From Escherichia coli (GTDB lineage: Bacteria; Pseudomonadota; Gammaproteobacteria; Enterobacterales; Enterobacteriaceae): a DNA stretch of 64,000 nucleotides. Shown here piece by piece: positions 1 through 13,634 of this stretch (positions are counted from its first letter, which is position 1; each line of letters begins with the position of its first letter). The stretch lies in NCBI RefSeq assembly GCF_003790525.1, contig NZ_CP033635.1; one strand, written 5' to 3'. The position numbers were made by a program, and so were the translations under genes. Under the pieces are notes generated by a model. It was given only the letters and a program-made list of their open reading frames with translations, was not told where the DNA came from and searched no databases.

Positions 1-1
1 T

Positions 2-301
2 GCAATGGCGCTCGGCCTGCTGGAGCAGAAAATTCACGCCCGTGGCCCGGGTGAGCAGGATGAACAACCGGCGGAAATCCTTCATGGCGATATGGTGCAG
101 CCGCTGCGTGTGAAAGTGGATCGCGAAGCACGCCGCCTGGCGGGTTATCGTTACGGTCGCCAGATTGCCGATGATTTCCTGACGCAATTAGGGCAGGGCG
201 AAGAACAGGTTGCACGCTGGCTGGAAGCGGAAAACGATCCGCGTCTGAACGAGATTGTCAGCCATCTGAATCATGTTGTTGAAGAGGCGCGTATCCGATG
301 A
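2..301 (+). CDS. hycG: Hydrogenase-3 small subunit HycG, C-terminal part (5' end lies outside the window)
   Basis: Open frame from the window edge ending 4 nt into hycH; assigned by its position immediately upstream of hycH-hycI, not by direct sequence recall. Confidence 0.65.
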   Translation, partial: AMALGLLEQKIHARGPGEQDEQPAEILHGDMVQPLRVKVDREARRLAGYRYGRQIADDFLTQLGQGEEQVARWLEAENDPRLNEIVSHLNHVVEEARIR

Positions 302-708
302 GTGAAAAGGTGGTGTTCAGTCAACTGAGCCGTAAATTTATTGATGAGAACGATGCCACGCCCGCCGAGGCGCAGCAGGTGGTCTATTACAGCCTGGCGA
401 TTGGTCACCACCTTGGGGTTATCGATTGCCTGGAAGCGGCGCTCACCTGCCCGTGGGATGACTATCTGGCATGGATTGCCACTCTGGAGGCGGGCAGCGA
501 AGCCCGCCGTAAAATGGAAGGCGTGCCGAAGTACGGTGAGATCGTCATCGACATTAACCATGTGCCGATGCTGGCTAACGCATTCGATAAAGCCCGGGCA
601 GCGCAAACTTCGCAGCAGAAAGAATGGAGTACCATGCTGTTAAGTATGCTGCATGATATTTATCAGGAAAATGCCATCTATTTGATGGTGAGGAGATTGC
701 GTGACTGA
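298..708 (+). CDS. hycH: Formate hydrogenlyase maturation protein HycH
   Basis: 136-aa ORF, ATG start overlapping the upstream stop (ATGA); length and sequence match recalled HycH; followed by hycI. Confidence 0.9.
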   Translation: MSEKVVFSQLSRKFIDENDATPAEAQQVVYYSLAIGHHLGVIDCLEAALTCPWDDYLAWIATLEAGSEARRKMEGVPKYGEIVIDINHVPMLANAFDKARAAQTSQQKEWSTMLLSMLHDIYQENAIYLMVRRLRD

Positions 709-1171
709 CGTTTTACTCTGTGTTGGCAATAGCATGATGGGCGATGATGGCGCAGGCCCGCTGCTGGCGGAAAAGTGCGCCGCCGCGCCGAAAGGTAACT
801 GGGTGGTGATTGACGGCGGTAGCGCACCGGAAAACGATATCGTCGCCATCCGTGAACTGCGCCCGACACGACTGCTGATTGTCGACGCCACGGATATGGG
901 GCTAAACCCCGGCGAGATCCGCATCATCGACCCGGATGACATCGCCGAGATGTTTATGATGACTACCCATAACATGCCGCTGAACTACCTTATCGACCAG
1001 TTGAAAGAAGACATTGGCGAAGTGATTTTCCTCGGCATCCAGCCGGATATCGTCGGCTTTTACTACCCGATGACCCAGCCGATTAAAGATGCGGTGGAAA
1101 CCGTTTATCAACGTCTGGAAGGCTGGGAAGGGAATGGCGGCTTCGCGCAGTTAGCGGTGGAAGAAGAGTAG
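701..1171 (+). CDS. hycI: Hydrogenase 3 maturation endopeptidase HycI
   Basis: 156-aa ORF (GTG start overlapping the hycH stop) beginning MTDVLLCVGNSMMGDDGAGPLL, matching recalled HycI. Confidence 0.9.
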   Translation: MTDVLLCVGNSMMGDDGAGPLLAEKCAAAPKGNWVVIDGGSAPENDIVAIRELRPTRLLIVDATDMGLNPGEIRIIDPDDIAEMFMMTTHNMPLNYLIDQLKEDIGEVIFLGIQPDIVGFYYPMTQPIKDAVETVYQRLEGWEGNGGFAQLAVEEE

Positions 1172-1195
1172 TTTTTCAGTAAGGAATTCAGGGAA

Positions 1196-1969
1196 TTGAA
1201 CATCAGAACAGGGATGTGCGCTTTTTTATTGAGCTTAGTGCTGCCTGCACAGGCCACCAGCTTTACCGAATATCTGCCGATGAGTGACAGCGAATACGCG
1301 CAAAAGCGGGCGCTTAAACCTCTCCTGACCATGCCTTATGATGCCGAGCAAAACTGGCATTTTAGAAAAGTGGGCGTTGCTGGCGTGACGCTTGAGAAGA
1401 TGCCAAATGAAGAGGATTACTGGCAATTAACTGCTAAAGACCGCACCGGTAAATCCTGGAAGGTGCCTGTGGGTTTGCTGGCAAATATGGCGGGCAAAGG
1501 GCAGTTCTATCGTGCCGATCTGGATCGTAACGGCATTCAGGATCTGGTTATCTGGTTACCAAGTGCTGGTAATGGTCTGGCTCCTTATGCACATTTAATC
1601 CTTATGACGTTCACGCGCGATGGTCGTCCCTGTGTCTTTGAACCTTGGGGATTCTACACCGCAAGCAAAACTGGCGTAGATGATTTGCTGGATTTGCAAG
1701 GCAATGGCCACACGCAATTGCTGGATATGCAGTTTGATTCCGGTTACTGGATAACCAGTCTGTATCAGGTAAAAGACGCCAAATGGCAGCGTGTTCACGG
1801 CTGGTTTGGCAAGTTAAGCTATCCCGCGCTCACGCGTTTTACTTATACCCCCAACCGTAAACTCGTCCTCAAACCCATCGCCGGGCGCGACCCGCAAACG
1901 GAAGATCTGGCACTGACGCAGCGTTGCTTGATAAAGGGGGATGTTCTTGATGGGGTGAACCAGCTCTGA
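1196..1969 (+). CDS. Hypothetical secreted protein (about 250 aa); no recognised E. coli K-12 counterpart
   Basis: 257-codon open frame between hycI and ascB. N-terminal signal-peptide-like segment (CAFLLSLVLPAQA). Two DxDxNG-like loops (ADLDRNGIQD, DLQGNGHTQLLD). AAGGAA Shine-Dalgarno 9 nt before a TTG at 1196; alternative ATG at 1214. Confidence 0.6.
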   Translation: MNIRTGMCAFLLSLVLPAQATSFTEYLPMSDSEYAQKRALKPLLTMPYDAEQNWHFRKVGVAGVTLEKMPNEEDYWQLTAKDRTGKSWKVPVGLLANMAGKGQFYRADLDRNGIQDLVIWLPSAGNGLAPYAHLILMTFTRDGRPCVFEPWGFYTASKTGVDDLLDLQGNGHTQLLDMQFDSGYWITSLYQVKDAKWQRVHGWFGKLSYPALTRFTYTPNRKLVLKPIAGRDPQTEDLALTQRCLIKGDVLDGVNQL

Positions 1970-1979
1970 TGCCAAACGC

Positions 1980-2048
1980 CAGATTGCCCGATGCGCAACG
2001 CTTATCGGGCCTTGTAGGCCGGATAAGGCGTTCACGCCGCATCCGGCA
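1980..2048. repeat. REP (repetitive extragenic palindromic) element
   Basis: gcccgatgcgcaacgcttatcgggcc...gccggataaggcgttcacgccgcatccggc, a typical E. coli REP palindrome between convergent genes. Confidence 0.75.
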
Positions 2049-2055
2049 ATGTTAC

Positions 2056-4946
<2,891 letters not shown>

Positions 4947-5029
4947 CGGATTTTATCCTGTTATCAGTAGGGTAGATGTAGTTGTTATCAGTCGACGTGA
5001 CGGAAAAATGCCGATGCTGAAACGGAATT

Positions 5030-5045
5030 AGGAAACCGGTTTCAC
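5030..5045. promoter_or_regulatory. Perfect palindrome GAAACCGGTTTC; candidate AscG (LacI/GalR-family) operator
   Basis: 12-bp perfect palindrome in the ascF-ascG divergent intergenic region. Confidence 0.5.
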
Positions 5046-5105
5046 AAAATCATGAATAGTTGTCACTAAATAAGCAAGAGAGTTAATTGTTCATTTTTTA
5101 TATTT

Positions 5106-5119
5106 GTGAAACCGGTCAC
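5106..5119. promoter_or_regulatory. Second, imperfect AscG-operator-like site GTGAAACCGGTCAC
   Basis: Near-repeat of the 5032 palindrome about 75 bp downstream in the same intergenic region. Confidence 0.4.
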
Positions 5120-5202
5120 CTGAATATTTTTCCCGCCGATTGCGCAAGGACAATCGGCAAACGGTGCAGTACACTGCGTTGATTGCGTGTAAAGGGATGA
5201 AA

Positions 5203-6216
5203 ATGATGACGACGATGCTGGAAGTGGCGAAGCGCGCCGGGGTTTCAAAAGCGACCGTTTCCCGCGTGCTTTCAGGTAATGGCTACGTCAGCCAGGAGAC
5301 TAAAGATCGCGTGTTTCAGGCGGTAGAAGAGAGCGGTTACCGCCCAAATTTGCTGGCCCGCAATCTGTCGGCGAAAAGTACCCAGACGCTGGGGCTGGTA
5401 GTGACTAACACGCTTTACCACGGCATTTATTTTAGTGAACTACTGTTTCATGCCGCGCGAATGGCGGAAGAGAAAGGGCGGCAGTTGCTATTGGCAGATG
5501 GTAAACACAGCGCCGAAGAAGAGCGCCAGGCGATTCAGTATCTGCTGGATCTGCGCTGCGACGCGATCATGATTTATCCGCGCTTTTTAAGCGTGGATGA
5601 AATTGATGACATCATTGACGCGCACAGTCAGCCGATAATGGTGCTTAATCGCCGCCTGCGCAAAAATAGCAGCCATAGCGTCTGGTGCGATCATAAACAG
5701 ACCAGCTTTAACGCCGTGGCAGAGTTGATAAACGCCGGGCATCAGGAGATTGCTTTCCTTACCGGCTCGATGGATTCCCCCACCAGCATTGAACGTCTTG
5801 CCGGGTATAAAGACGCGCTGTCGCAGCATGGTATTGCGCTCAATGAAAAACTTATCGCTAACGGTAAATGGACGCCTGCCAGCGGGGCCGAAGGGGTAGA
5901 AACGTTGCTCGAACGTGGGGCTAAATTTAGCGTGTTAGTTGCCAGTAACGACGATATGGCGATAGGTGCGATGAAAGCGTTGCACGAGCGCGGCGTAGCG
6001 GTGCCAGAGCAGGTGTCAGTTATCGGATTCGATGATATCGCTATTGCCCCCTACACCGTTCCGGCGCTCTCCAGCGTAAAAATTCCGGTAACTGAGATGA
6101 TTCAGGAAATTATTGGACGGCTGATTTTTATGCTCGATGGTGGGGATTTCTCACCGCCGAAAACCTTCAGCGGAAAACTGATCCGCCGCGGCTCCCTCAT
6201 TGCTCTTTCGCAATAA
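5203..6216 (+). CDS. ascG: LacI-family transcriptional repressor AscG
   Basis: HTH N-terminus (MLEVAKRAGVSKATVSRVL) and periplasmic-binding-like fold. Start chosen at ATG 5203 to match the recalled 337-aa length; ATG 5197 is an alternative. Confidence 0.85.
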   Translation: MMTTMLEVAKRAGVSKATVSRVLSGNGYVSQETKDRVFQAVEESGYRPNLLARNLSAKSTQTLGLVVTNTLYHGIYFSELLFHAARMAEEKGRQLLLADGKHSAEEERQAIQYLLDLRCDAIMIYPRFLSVDEIDDIIDAHSQPIMVLNRRLRKNSSHSVWCDHKQTSFNAVAELINAGHQEIAFLTGSMDSPTSIERLAGYKDALSQHGIALNEKLIANGKWTPASGAEGVETLLERGAKFSVLVASNDDMAIGAMKALHERGVAVPEQVSVIGFDDIAIAPYTVPALSSVKIPVTEMIQEIIGRLIFMLDGGDFSPPKTFSGKLIRRGSLIALSQ

Positions 6217-6230
6217 ACATTGTCATCACA

Positions 6231-6268
6231 TGTCATCGTCACTAGTGTCGATGACATCGTTTTTCCTG
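6231..6268 (+). terminator. Rho-independent terminator downstream of ascG
   Basis: Inverted repeat tgtcatcg...cgatgaca followed by tcgttttt. Confidence 0.6.
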
Positions 6269-6364
6269 CATTACAGAATTTAATTTCTTTAAATAACAGT
6301 AAATTAAAAACTGGCATGATTTGTGAATGTATCGGCGCATTAACTGTCATTGCTGGAGAATTTG

Positions 6365-6892
6365 ATGAACCGTTTCATCATTGCTGACGCGAGTAAATGT
6401 ATTGGTTGCTGTACCTGTGAAGTGGCGTGCGTGGTTTCTCATCAGGAGAATCAGGACTGTGCATCGCTGACCCCGGAAACTTTTTTACCGCGAATCCATG
6501 TCATTAAAGGTGTGAACATTTCTACGGCAACAGTCTGCCGTCAGTGTGAAGATGCACCGTGTGCTAACGTCTGCCCGAATGGTGCTATCAGCCGTGATAA
6601 AGGGTTTGTTCATGTGATGCAGGAACGTTGCATTGGTTGCAAAACCTGCGTTGTGGCTTGCCCGTATGGCGCGATGGAAGTGGTGGTACGTCCGGTGATT
6701 CGCAACAGCGGCGCGGGGCTGAATGTACGGGCTGACAAAGCCGAAGCCAATAAATGCGACCTCTGTAACCATCGTGAAGACGGCCCGGCGTGTATGGCGG
6801 CTTGCCCGACCCATGCGCTGATTTGTGTCGATCGTAATAAACTTGAACAACTGAGCGCAGAAAAACGTCGCCGTACGGCGCTGATGTTCTAA
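6365..6892 (+). CDS. hydN: Electron-transport ferredoxin-like protein HydN (4Fe-4S clusters)
   Basis: 175 aa from ATG 6365 ([15 protein letters not shown]...), multiple CxxCxxCxxxCP motifs, GGAG Shine-Dalgarno; the track ORF starts at an upstream TTG. Confidence 0.85.
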   Translation: MNRFIIADASKCIGCCTCEVACVVSHQENQDCASLTPETFLPRIHVIKGVNISTATVCRQCEDAPCANVCPNGAISRDKGFVHVMQERCIGCKTCVVACPYGAMEVVVRPVIRNSGAGLNVRADKAEANKCDLCNHREDGPACMAACPTHALICVDRNKLEQLSAEKRRRTALMF

Positions 6893-7044
6893 AAATCTTA
6901 CAGAACTGTTCTGGCATCAAAGGAATTCCCGGAAATATTCGTAGAATACGAAGCGGGCAGTATCGCCGACCTGTGACTGCCGGATGCGACGCTGTCGTGT
7001 CCGGCAGGGCGGGTTACGAAATTCATGATGGCGGGAATAACTCA

Positions 7045-9285
7045 ATGGCAAAAAACATATCTTGCGGTGTCCAACTGCGTATTCGTGGCAAAGTGCAGGG
7101 CGTCGGTTTTCGTCCGTTTGTCTGGCAACTGGCACAGCAATTAAATCTTCACGGCGATGTCTGTAATGACGGCGATGGCGTAGAAGTCCGGCTGCTGGAA
7201 GCCCCGGAAACGTTTCTTGTTCAATTGCATCAGCACTGCCCGCCGCTGGCGCGTATTGATAGCGTCGAGCGTGAGCCGTTTATCTGGTCACAACTGCCCA
7301 CTGAGTTCACTATCCGCCAGAGCACAGGCGGCACCATGAATACGCAAATTGTCCCGGATGCCGCCACTTGCCCTGCTTGCCTTGCCGAAATGAATACCCC
7401 GGGCGAGCGGCGTTATCGTTATCCGTTTATCAACTGTACCCACTGCGGCCCGCGTTTCACCATTATTCGCGCGATGCCTTACGACCGCCCGTTTACCGTG
7501 ATGGCGGCGTTTCCGCTGTGTCCGGCTTGTGACAAAGAGTACCGCGACCCGCTCGATCGTCGCTTCCACGCCCAGCCGGTGGCCTGCCCGGAGTGTGGCC
7601 CACATCTTGAATGGGTAAGTCATGGTGAACATGCAGAACAAGAGGCGGCATTACAGGCGGCTATCGCACAGTTAAAAATGGGCAACATTGTCGCCATCAA
7701 AGGGATTGGCGGATTTCATCTCGCCTGCGATGCGCGTAACAGTAACGCGGTGGCGACACTACGGGCACGTAAACATCGCCCGGCGAAACCGCTGGCGGTC
7801 ATGTTGCCAGTGGCTGACGGTTTACCAGACGCTGCGCGCCAGTTGCTTTCCACGCCCGCCGCGCCGATTGTGCTGGTGGATAAAAAATACATACCTGAGC
7901 TTTGTGATGATATCGCCCCTGGCCTTAACGAAGTTGGGGTGATGTTGCCTGCGAACCCGCTCCAGCATTTGCTGTTACAGGAACTGCAATGCCCGCTGGT
8001 GATGACCTCCGGCAACCTGAGCGGTAAACCACCAGCTATCAGCAACGAACAGGCGCTGGCGGATTTGCAGGGCATTGCCGACGGATTCTTGATACATAAC
8101 CGCGACATCGTGCAGCGGATGGATGATTCGGTGGTGCGCGAAAGCGGCGAAATGCTGCGCCGTTCGCGGGGGTATGTGCCGGATGCGCTGGCTTTGCCTC
8201 CGGGCTTTAAAAATGTTCCGCCTGTGCTGTGTCTCGGCGCGGATCTGAAAAATACCTTCTGCCTGGTGCGCGGTGAACAAGCGGTGTTGAGTCAGCATCT
8301 GGGCGATTTAAGTGACGATGGCATCCAGATGCAGTGGCGCGAAGCGTTACGCCTGATGCAAAACATCTACGATTTTACCCCGCAATACGTTGTGCATGAC
8401 GCACATCCGGGCTATGTCTCCAGCCAGTGGGCGCGCGAAATGAATCTGCCGACGCAAACGGTGCTGCATCATCATGCCCACGCGGCGGCGTGTCTGGCAG
8501 AACATCACTGGCCACTGGAGGGCGGTGATGTCATTGCTTTGACGCTCGACGGTATCGGTATGGGGGAGAACGGCGCTTTGTGGGGCGGCGAGTGTCTGCG
8601 GGTGAACTATCGCGAATGCCAGCACCTGGGCGGCTTGCCAGCGGTGGCGCTTGCTGGGGGCGATTTGGCTGCAAAGCAGCCGTGGCGTAACCTGCTGGCG
8701 CAGTGCCTGCGCTTTGTGCCGGAGTGGCAGAATTACCCTGAAACGGCAAGTGTGCAACAGCAAAACTGGAGCGTGCTGGCGCGGGCCATTGAGCGTGGAA
8801 TTAACGCGCCGCTGGCGTCATCGTGTGGGCGTTTGTTTGATGCTGTGGCGGCGGCACTGGGCTGTGCGCCAGCCACGTTAAGTTATGAAGGTGAAGCGGC
8901 TTGTGCTCTGGAGGCGCTCGCAGCTTCATGCGACGGAGTGACGCATCCGGTGACGATGCCGCTGGTGGACAATCAACTGGATCTCGCCACTTTCTGGCAG
9001 CAGTGGCTGAACTGGCAGGCACCGGTTAATCAACGCGCGTGGGCGTTTCATGATGCGCTGGCGCAGGGTTTTGCCGCGTTGATGCGTGAGCAGGCCACGA
9101 TGCGCGGTATCACTACGCTGGTATTTAGCGGTGGGGTTATTCATAACCGATTGCTGCGTACACGCCTGGCGCATTATCTCGCTGATTTCACATTACTCTT
9201 TCCGCAGAGTTTACCGGCGGGTGATGGCGGCTTGTCTCTGGGGCAGGGGGTTATTGCTGCGGCGCGCATCCTGCATGCTGCATAG
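7045..9285 (+). CDS. hypF: Carbamoyltransferase HypF ([NiFe]-hydrogenase maturation)
   Basis: Begins [25 protein letters not shown] (acylphosphatase domain), then Zn-finger CxxC pairs and YrdC/Kae1-like regions; the track ORF includes a 24-codon upstream extension. The C-terminal end may differ slightly from K-12. Confidence 0.9.
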   Translation: MAKNISCGVQLRIRGKVQGVGFRPFVWQLAQQLNLHGDVCNDGDGVEVRLLEAPETFLVQLHQHCPPLARIDSVEREPFIWSQLPTEFTIRQSTGGTMNTQIVPDAATCPACLAEMNTPGERRYRYPFINCTHCGPRFTIIRAMPYDRPFTVMAAFPLCPACDKEYRDPLDRRFHAQPVACPECGPHLEWVSHGEHAEQEAALQAAIAQLKMGNIVAIKGIGGFHLACDARNSNAVATLRARKHRPAKPLAVMLPVADGLPDAARQLLSTPAAPIVLVDKKYIPELCDDIAPGLNEVGVMLPANPLQHLLLQELQCPLVMTSGNLSGKPPAISNEQALADLQGIADGFLIHNRDIVQRMDDSVVRESGEMLRRSRGYVPDALALPPGFKNVPPVLCLGADLKNTFCLVRGEQAVLSQHLGDLSDDGIQMQWREALRLMQNIYDFTPQYVVHDAHPGYVSSQWAREMNLPTQTVLHHHAHAAACLAEHHWPLEGGDVIALTLDGIGMGENGALWGGECLRVNYRECQHLGGLPAVALAGGDLAAKQPWRNLLAQCLRFVPEWQNYPETASVQQQNWSVLARAIERGINAPLASSCGRLFDAVAAALGCAPATLSYEGEAACALEALAASCDGVTHPVTMPLVDNQLDLATFWQQWLNWQAPVNQRAWAFHDALAQGFAALMREQATMRGITTLVFSGGVIHNRLLRTRLAHYLADFTLLFPQSLPAGDGGLSLGQGVIAAARILHAA

Positions 9286-9330
9286 TGGCGGATGTGGCGT
9301 AACTAAGCGTTAAAAGTAGCGCGGACAGTC

Positions 9331-9351
9331 CCCTCGCCCTTTGGGCGAGGG
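9331..9351. other. GC-rich stem-loop between convergent hypF and norW
   Basis: ccctcgccc-ttt-gggcgaggg perfect 9-bp stem. It lacks a 3' U-run on either strand, so it is not called as a canonical intrinsic terminator. Confidence 0.4.
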
Positions 9352-9363
9352 AGAAAACCATGC

Positions 9364-10497
9364 CTACATCGGCAACGTTTTCAACAATCCAAACGCCTCT
9401 TTCATCCGATCCTCACTGACCACAAAGGCGCGAAGCTGGTCAGCATCGTCAACACCGCGCGCAACCATTCCCTGGCGTTCGGTATTAATTTGCCAGCGTA
9501 AATCCTGACGCTGGGTTTCGCCTGCCAGATGCAGCGGTAATTCTGGCGTTTTGATTTTCACCAGCATCGCCGGGAGTTTCAGCGGCGTGTTATTGCCGAG
9601 AAGATTTTTTGCCAGCACCATTGCGCTAAGTTGAATCGGCTGGAGGAACGGCAATACCTGACCGTTAATTTCCGCGCAATCGCCCAGCGCATAAATATCG
9701 GCATTACTGGTTTGCAGATAACTATCGACGCAAACGCCACGATTAATCGTCAGCCCGGCGCGTCGTGCCAGGGCGGTTTCCGGGCGCAGTCCGGTGGCGG
9801 CAATTACCGCATCCACTTCAATGCAGCGCTGGCATTCCAGCGTTGCCAGAATGCCAGAATCCGTTTTTTCCAGTCCCTGCAACTGAGATTTTAACAGCAG
9901 ATGAACGCCCATCTCCGTCAACCGATGCTGCAAGCGGCTGCTTACTTCCGGTGGCATTAACGACGCCAGAATACTGGCAGCGTTGTCGATCAGCGTGACC
10001 GCTTTGCCTGCCCGACAAAAATCCATCGCCAGCTCGCTACCAATCAAGCCACCGCCAACAATCAACACGCGTCGGGCATCCCGCAGTTGCGTTTCACAGG
10101 CGCGATACTCTTGCTGACTATTTAACGTCAGCATTAACTCACGCCCGGGCACTGGCGGGACAAAGGCGCTGGCACCGGTTGCCAGCACTAACTTGTCGTA
10201 TTGCCACTGATTATTCTGACTTTTCACCACATGGGCTTCGGCATCGATATCCGTTACCCAGGTGTGCGGAAACAGGCGCAGATTAAACTGCTCGGCAAAT
10301 TCACCTGCCGTCTGGCGGGTAAGGTCGTCGGCACGTTGCCCCTGACTGATAACATGGCTGAGGTCAGGTTTGTTGTACTCATCCATGCTGTCGGCGGCAA
10401 TCAGAGTTAATGGAATACTGGCGTCCTGTTTGCGAATATTTTTCACCAGTTGGCGGGCGGCGAAGCCCGAACCAATGATCACAATGCTGTTGCTCAT
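9364..10497 (-). CDS. norW: NADH:flavorubredoxin reductase NorW
   Basis: 377-aa ORF beginning [22 protein letters not shown]; start overlaps the norV stop. Confidence 0.9.
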   Translation of the reverse strand: MSNSIVIIGSGFAARQLVKNIRKQDASIPLTLIAADSMDEYNKPDLSHVISQGQRADDLTRQTAGEFAEQFNLRLFPHTWVTDIDAEAHVVKSQNNQWQYDKLVLATGASAFVPPVPGRELMLTLNSQQEYRACETQLRDARRVLIVGGGLIGSELAMDFCRAGKAVTLIDNAASILASLMPPEVSSRLQHRLTEMGVHLLLKSQLQGLEKTDSGILATLECQRCIEVDAVIAATGLRPETALARRAGLTINRGVCVDSYLQTSNADIYALGDCAEINGQVLPFLQPIQLSAMVLAKNLLGNNTPLKLPAMLVKIKTPELPLHLAGETQRQDLRWQINTERQGMVARGVDDADQLRAFVVSEDRMKEAFGLLKTLPM

Positions 10498-11933
10498 TTT
10501 GCCTCCGATGCCAGTTCGTCAAAGACGTCTTTGCCGAGAGAGCATTCCGGGCACAGGAAGTTATCCGGGACTTCACTCCACGGCGTTCCTGGCGCAACGT
10601 CCTGCATTGGCTCACCTTTTGCCGGATCGTAAATCCACTGGCAGACGCTGCATTGCATCCGTGGGCCGAGGTCAGCCGTCGTGGTGGCAGAGGTTTCTTC
10701 TTTAACTACCGTATTCACCGTGCTCTGCGGCAGCGGCGCGAGCGCCCACTGACGGGCGATTTCGCGACCGTGTTCACGACATAACTCCAGAGCGTCCTGG
10801 TCTGGTCGCCATTTGGCTTTCAGGCTAAGCGACATTTCGAAACCCGCATCCTGCAGGCGCGTGGAAAGACGATCCACCGCACCGCCGCTCCAGCCGTGAG
10901 AGCCGAAAGCGCTGGCGCGTTTGTTACGGAAGCGTAATCCGGTCATCTCCTCCACCAGCCCGGCGATTTTCGGCATCATCACATTATTCATCGTAGAGGT
11001 GCCGACCAGCATGCCTTTTGAGCGGAAGACATTGGTCAGGATTTCGTTTTTATCGCTTCGGGCGACGTTGAAAATTTTCACCGCCACGCGTGGGTCGGTT
11101 TCCGCAATCCCCTGGGCGATAGCGTCAGCCATCATGCGGGTGTTATTCGACATGGTGTCGTAGAAAATGGTGATTCTGTCTTCCTGATAATCCGCCGCCC
11201 ATTTCAGGTACAGCTCGACAATTTGCGTCGGGTTATCGCGCCATACCACGCCGTGAGAGGTCGCTATCATATCGACTGGCAAGTTAAAGCCCAGGATCTC
11301 GGTAATTTTCGGCGTTACCAGGCGGCTGAACGGCGTCAGGATATTGGCGTAGTAACGCTGGCACTGCTCGAAAAGCTCCGTCTGATCCACTTCATCGTTG
11401 AACAGATGCTCGTCGCAGTAGTGCTGACCGAAAGCATCGTTACTGAACAGCACCGCGTCGCCTGTCAGGTAAGTCATCATGCTGTCCGGCCAGTGCAGCA
11501 TTGGCGTTTCGACAAAAATGAGCTGTTTGCCGTTGCCGATATCCAGCGTGTCGCCAGTTTTCACCACATTAAAATTCCACTCCGGATGATGGTGATGACC
11601 ATTTATCGAGTCGATAGCGTTGGCAGTACAGTAGATCGGCGTATCGGGAATTTGTGCCATCAGTTCGGTCAGCGCCCCGGCGTGGTCCTCTTCAGCATGG
11701 TTAATTACGATGTAATCGATATCTGCCAGATCGATTTCATTACGCAGGTTCTGCACAAATTCGCGGCTGAATTTATGGTCGACGGTGTCGATCAGCACGT
11801 TTTTTTCTTCACGGATGAGGTAGCTGTTGTAGCTGCTGCCGCGCAGCGTTTTATATTCTGTACCGTGAAAATCACGCACTTCCCAGTCACGTTGACCAAC
11901 CCAATGAATGTTATTTTTCACCACAATAGACAT
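10494..11933 (-). CDS. norV: Anaerobic nitric oxide reductase flavorubredoxin NorV
   Basis: 479-aa ORF with metallo-beta-lactamase and flavodoxin regions and a C-terminal rubredoxin CxxC...CxxC. Confidence 0.9.
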   Translation of the reverse strand: MSIVVKNNIHWVGQRDWEVRDFHGTEYKTLRGSSYNSYLIREEKNVLIDTVDHKFSREFVQNLRNEIDLADIDYIVINHAEEDHAGALTELMAQIPDTPIYCTANAIDSINGHHHHPEWNFNVVKTGDTLDIGNGKQLIFVETPMLHWPDSMMTYLTGDAVLFSNDAFGQHYCDEHLFNDEVDQTELFEQCQRYYANILTPFSRLVTPKITEILGFNLPVDMIATSHGVVWRDNPTQIVELYLKWAADYQEDRITIFYDTMSNNTRMMADAIAQGIAETDPRVAVKIFNVARSDKNEILTNVFRSKGMLVGTSTMNNVMMPKIAGLVEEMTGLRFRNKRASAFGSHGWSGGAVDRLSTRLQDAGFEMSLSLKAKWRPDQDALELCREHGREIARQWALAPLPQSTVNTVVKEETSATTTADLGPRMQCSVCQWIYDPAKGEPMQDVAPGTPWSEVPDNFLCPECSLGKDVFDELASEAK

Positions 11934-11979
11934 AGCAACCTCAATTTATTCAGCGTGTTCTAAAAAGATGTCTTGCTAA

Positions 11980-11997
11980 TTGCAGATTGCGTGCCAG
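11980..11997 (-). promoter_or_regulatory. Sigma-54 (-24/-12) promoter of norVW
   Basis: Minus-strand reading CTGGCACGCAATCTGCAA fits the TGGCAC-N5-TTGCA consensus, about 45 nt upstream of the norV start. Confidence 0.75.
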
Positions 11998-12051
11998 TTT
12001 TTTATCTGATTGATTTTTATGTATAAATTAATTCATGCTCATTAATGAGTA

Positions 12052-12062
12052 GTCAAAATGAC
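12052..12062. promoter_or_regulatory. NorR enhancer site 1 (GT-N7-AC): GTCAAAATGAC
   Basis: Inverted-repeat GT-N7-AC motif in the norV-norR divergent region. Confidence 0.7.
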
Positions 12063-12075
12063 TATTAATCAAATG

Positions 12076-12086
12076 GTCGATATGAC
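12076..12086. promoter_or_regulatory. NorR enhancer site 2: GTCGATATGAC
   Basis: Second GT-N7-AC motif, 24 bp from site 1. Confidence 0.7.
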
Positions 12087-12096
12087 AATATCTATA

Positions 12097-12107
12097 GTCA
12101 AATTGAC
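12097..12107. promoter_or_regulatory. NorR enhancer site 3: GTCAAATTGAC
   Basis: Third GT-N7-AC motif, 21 bp from site 2. Confidence 0.7.
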
Positions 12108-12119
12108 AGTGAGGCAAAG

Positions 12120-13634
12120 ATGAGTTTTTCCGTTGATGTGCTGGCGAATATCGCCATCGAATTGCAGCGTGGGATTGGTCATCAGGATCGTTTTCAGCGC
12201 CTGATCACCACGCTGCGTCAGGTGCTGGAGTGTGATGCCTCTGCGTTGCTACGTTATGACTCGCGGCAGTTTATTCCGCTTGCCATCGACGGGCTGGCGA
12301 AGGATGTACTCGGTAGACGCTTTGCGCTGGAAGGGCATCCACGGCTGGAAGCGATTGCCCGCGCCGGGGACGTGGTGCGCTTTCCCGCAGACAGCGAATT
12401 GCCCGATCCCTATGACGGTTTGATTCCCGGGCAGGAGAGTCTGAAGGTTCACGCCTGCGTTGGTCTGCCATTGTTTGCCGGGCAAAACCTGATCGGCGCA
12501 TTGACGCTCGACGGGATGCAGCCCGATCAGTTCGATGTTTTCAGCGACGAAGAGTTACGCCTGATTGCCGCGCTGGCGGCGGGAGCGTTAAGCAATGCGT
12601 TGCTGATTGAGCAACTGGAAAGCCAGAATATGCTGCCGGGCGATGCCGCGCCGTTTGAAGCGGTGAAACAGACGCAGATGATCGGTCTGTCGCCAGGCAT
12701 GACGCAATTGAAAAAAGAGATTGAGATTGTGGCGGCGTCCGATCTCAACGTCTTAATCAGCGGTGAGACGGGAACCGGTAAGGAGCTGGTGGCGAAAGCG
12801 ATTCATGAAGCCTCGCCAAGGGCGGTGAATCCGCTGGTCTATCTCAACTGTGCCGCACTGCCGGAAAGTGTGGCGGAAAGTGAGTTGTTCGGGCACGTGA
12901 AAGGGGCGTTTACTGGCGCTATCAGTAACCGCAGCGGGAAGTTTGAAATGGCGGATAACGGCACGCTGTTTCTGGATGAGATCGGCGAGTTGTCGTTGGC
13001 ATTGCAGGCCAAGCTGCTGCGGGTGTTGCAGTATGGCGATATTCAGCGCGTTGGCGATGACCGCAGTTTGCGGGTCGATGTGCGCGTGCTGGCGGCGACT
13101 AACCGTGACTTACGCGAAGAGGTACTGGCAGGGCGATTTCGCGCTGACTTGTTCCACCGCCTGAGCGTGTTTCCACTTTCAGTGCCGCCGCTGCGTGAGC
13201 GGGGCGATGATGTCATTCTGCTGGCGGGGTATTTCTGCGAACAGTGCCGCCTGCGGTTGGGGCTCTCCCGCGTGGTATTAAGTGCCAGAGCGCGAAATTT
13301 ACTGCAACACTACAATTTTCCGGGGAACGTTCGTGAACTGGAACATGCTATTCATCGGGCGGTAGTGCTGGCGAGAGCCACTCGCAGCGGCGATGAAGTG
13401 ATTCTTGAAGCGCAACATTTTGCTTTTCCTGAGGTGACGTTGCCGCCGCCAGAAGCGGCGGCGGTGCCTATCGTTAAGCAAAACCTGCGTGAAGCGACAG
13501 AAGCGTTCCAGCGTGAAACCATTCGTCAGGCACTGGCACAAAATCATCACAACTGGGCTGCCAGCGCACGGATGCTGGAAACCGACGTCGCCAACTTGCA
13601 TCGGTTGGCGAAACGTCTGGGGCTGAAGGATTAA
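12120..13634 (+). CDS. norR: Sigma-54-dependent NO-responsive regulator NorR
   Basis: 504-aa ORF with N-terminal GAF-like region, AAA+ sigma-54 activator domain (GETGTGKE Walker A, GAFTGA-like segment) and C-terminal HTH. Confidence 0.9.
   Translation: MSFSVDVLANIAIELQRGIGHQDRFQRLITTLRQVLECDASALLRYDSRQFIPLAIDGLAKDVLGRRFALEGHPRLEAIARAGDVVRFPADSELPDPYDGLIPGQESLKVHACVGLPLFAGQNLIGALTLDGMQPDQFDVFSDEELRLIAALAAGALSNALLIEQLESQNMLPGDAAPFEAVKQTQMIGLSPGMTQLKKEIEIVAASDLNVLISGETGTGKELVAKAIHEASPRAVNPLVYLNCAALPESVAESELFGHVKGAFTGAISNRSGKFEMADNGTLFLDEIGELSLALQAKLLRVLQYGDIQRVGDDRSLRVDVRVLAATNRDLREEVLAGRFRADLFHRLSVFPLSVPPLRERGDDVILLAGYFCEQCRLRLGLSRVVLSARARNLLQHYNFPGNVRELEHAIHRAVVLARATRSGDEVILEAQHFAFPEVTLPPPEAAAVPIVKQNLREATEAFQRETIRQALAQNHHNWAASARMLETDVANLHRLAKRLGLKD

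Noticed and set aside
9331-9351. hypF/norW stem-loop as an intrinsic terminator
   Set aside because: Not called as a terminator because neither strand has a U-run 3' of the stem; kept only as a structural hairpin.
11223-11963. 246-aa plus-strand ORF
   Set aside because: Antisense to norV (flavorubredoxin), which is the authentic gene on the minus strand.
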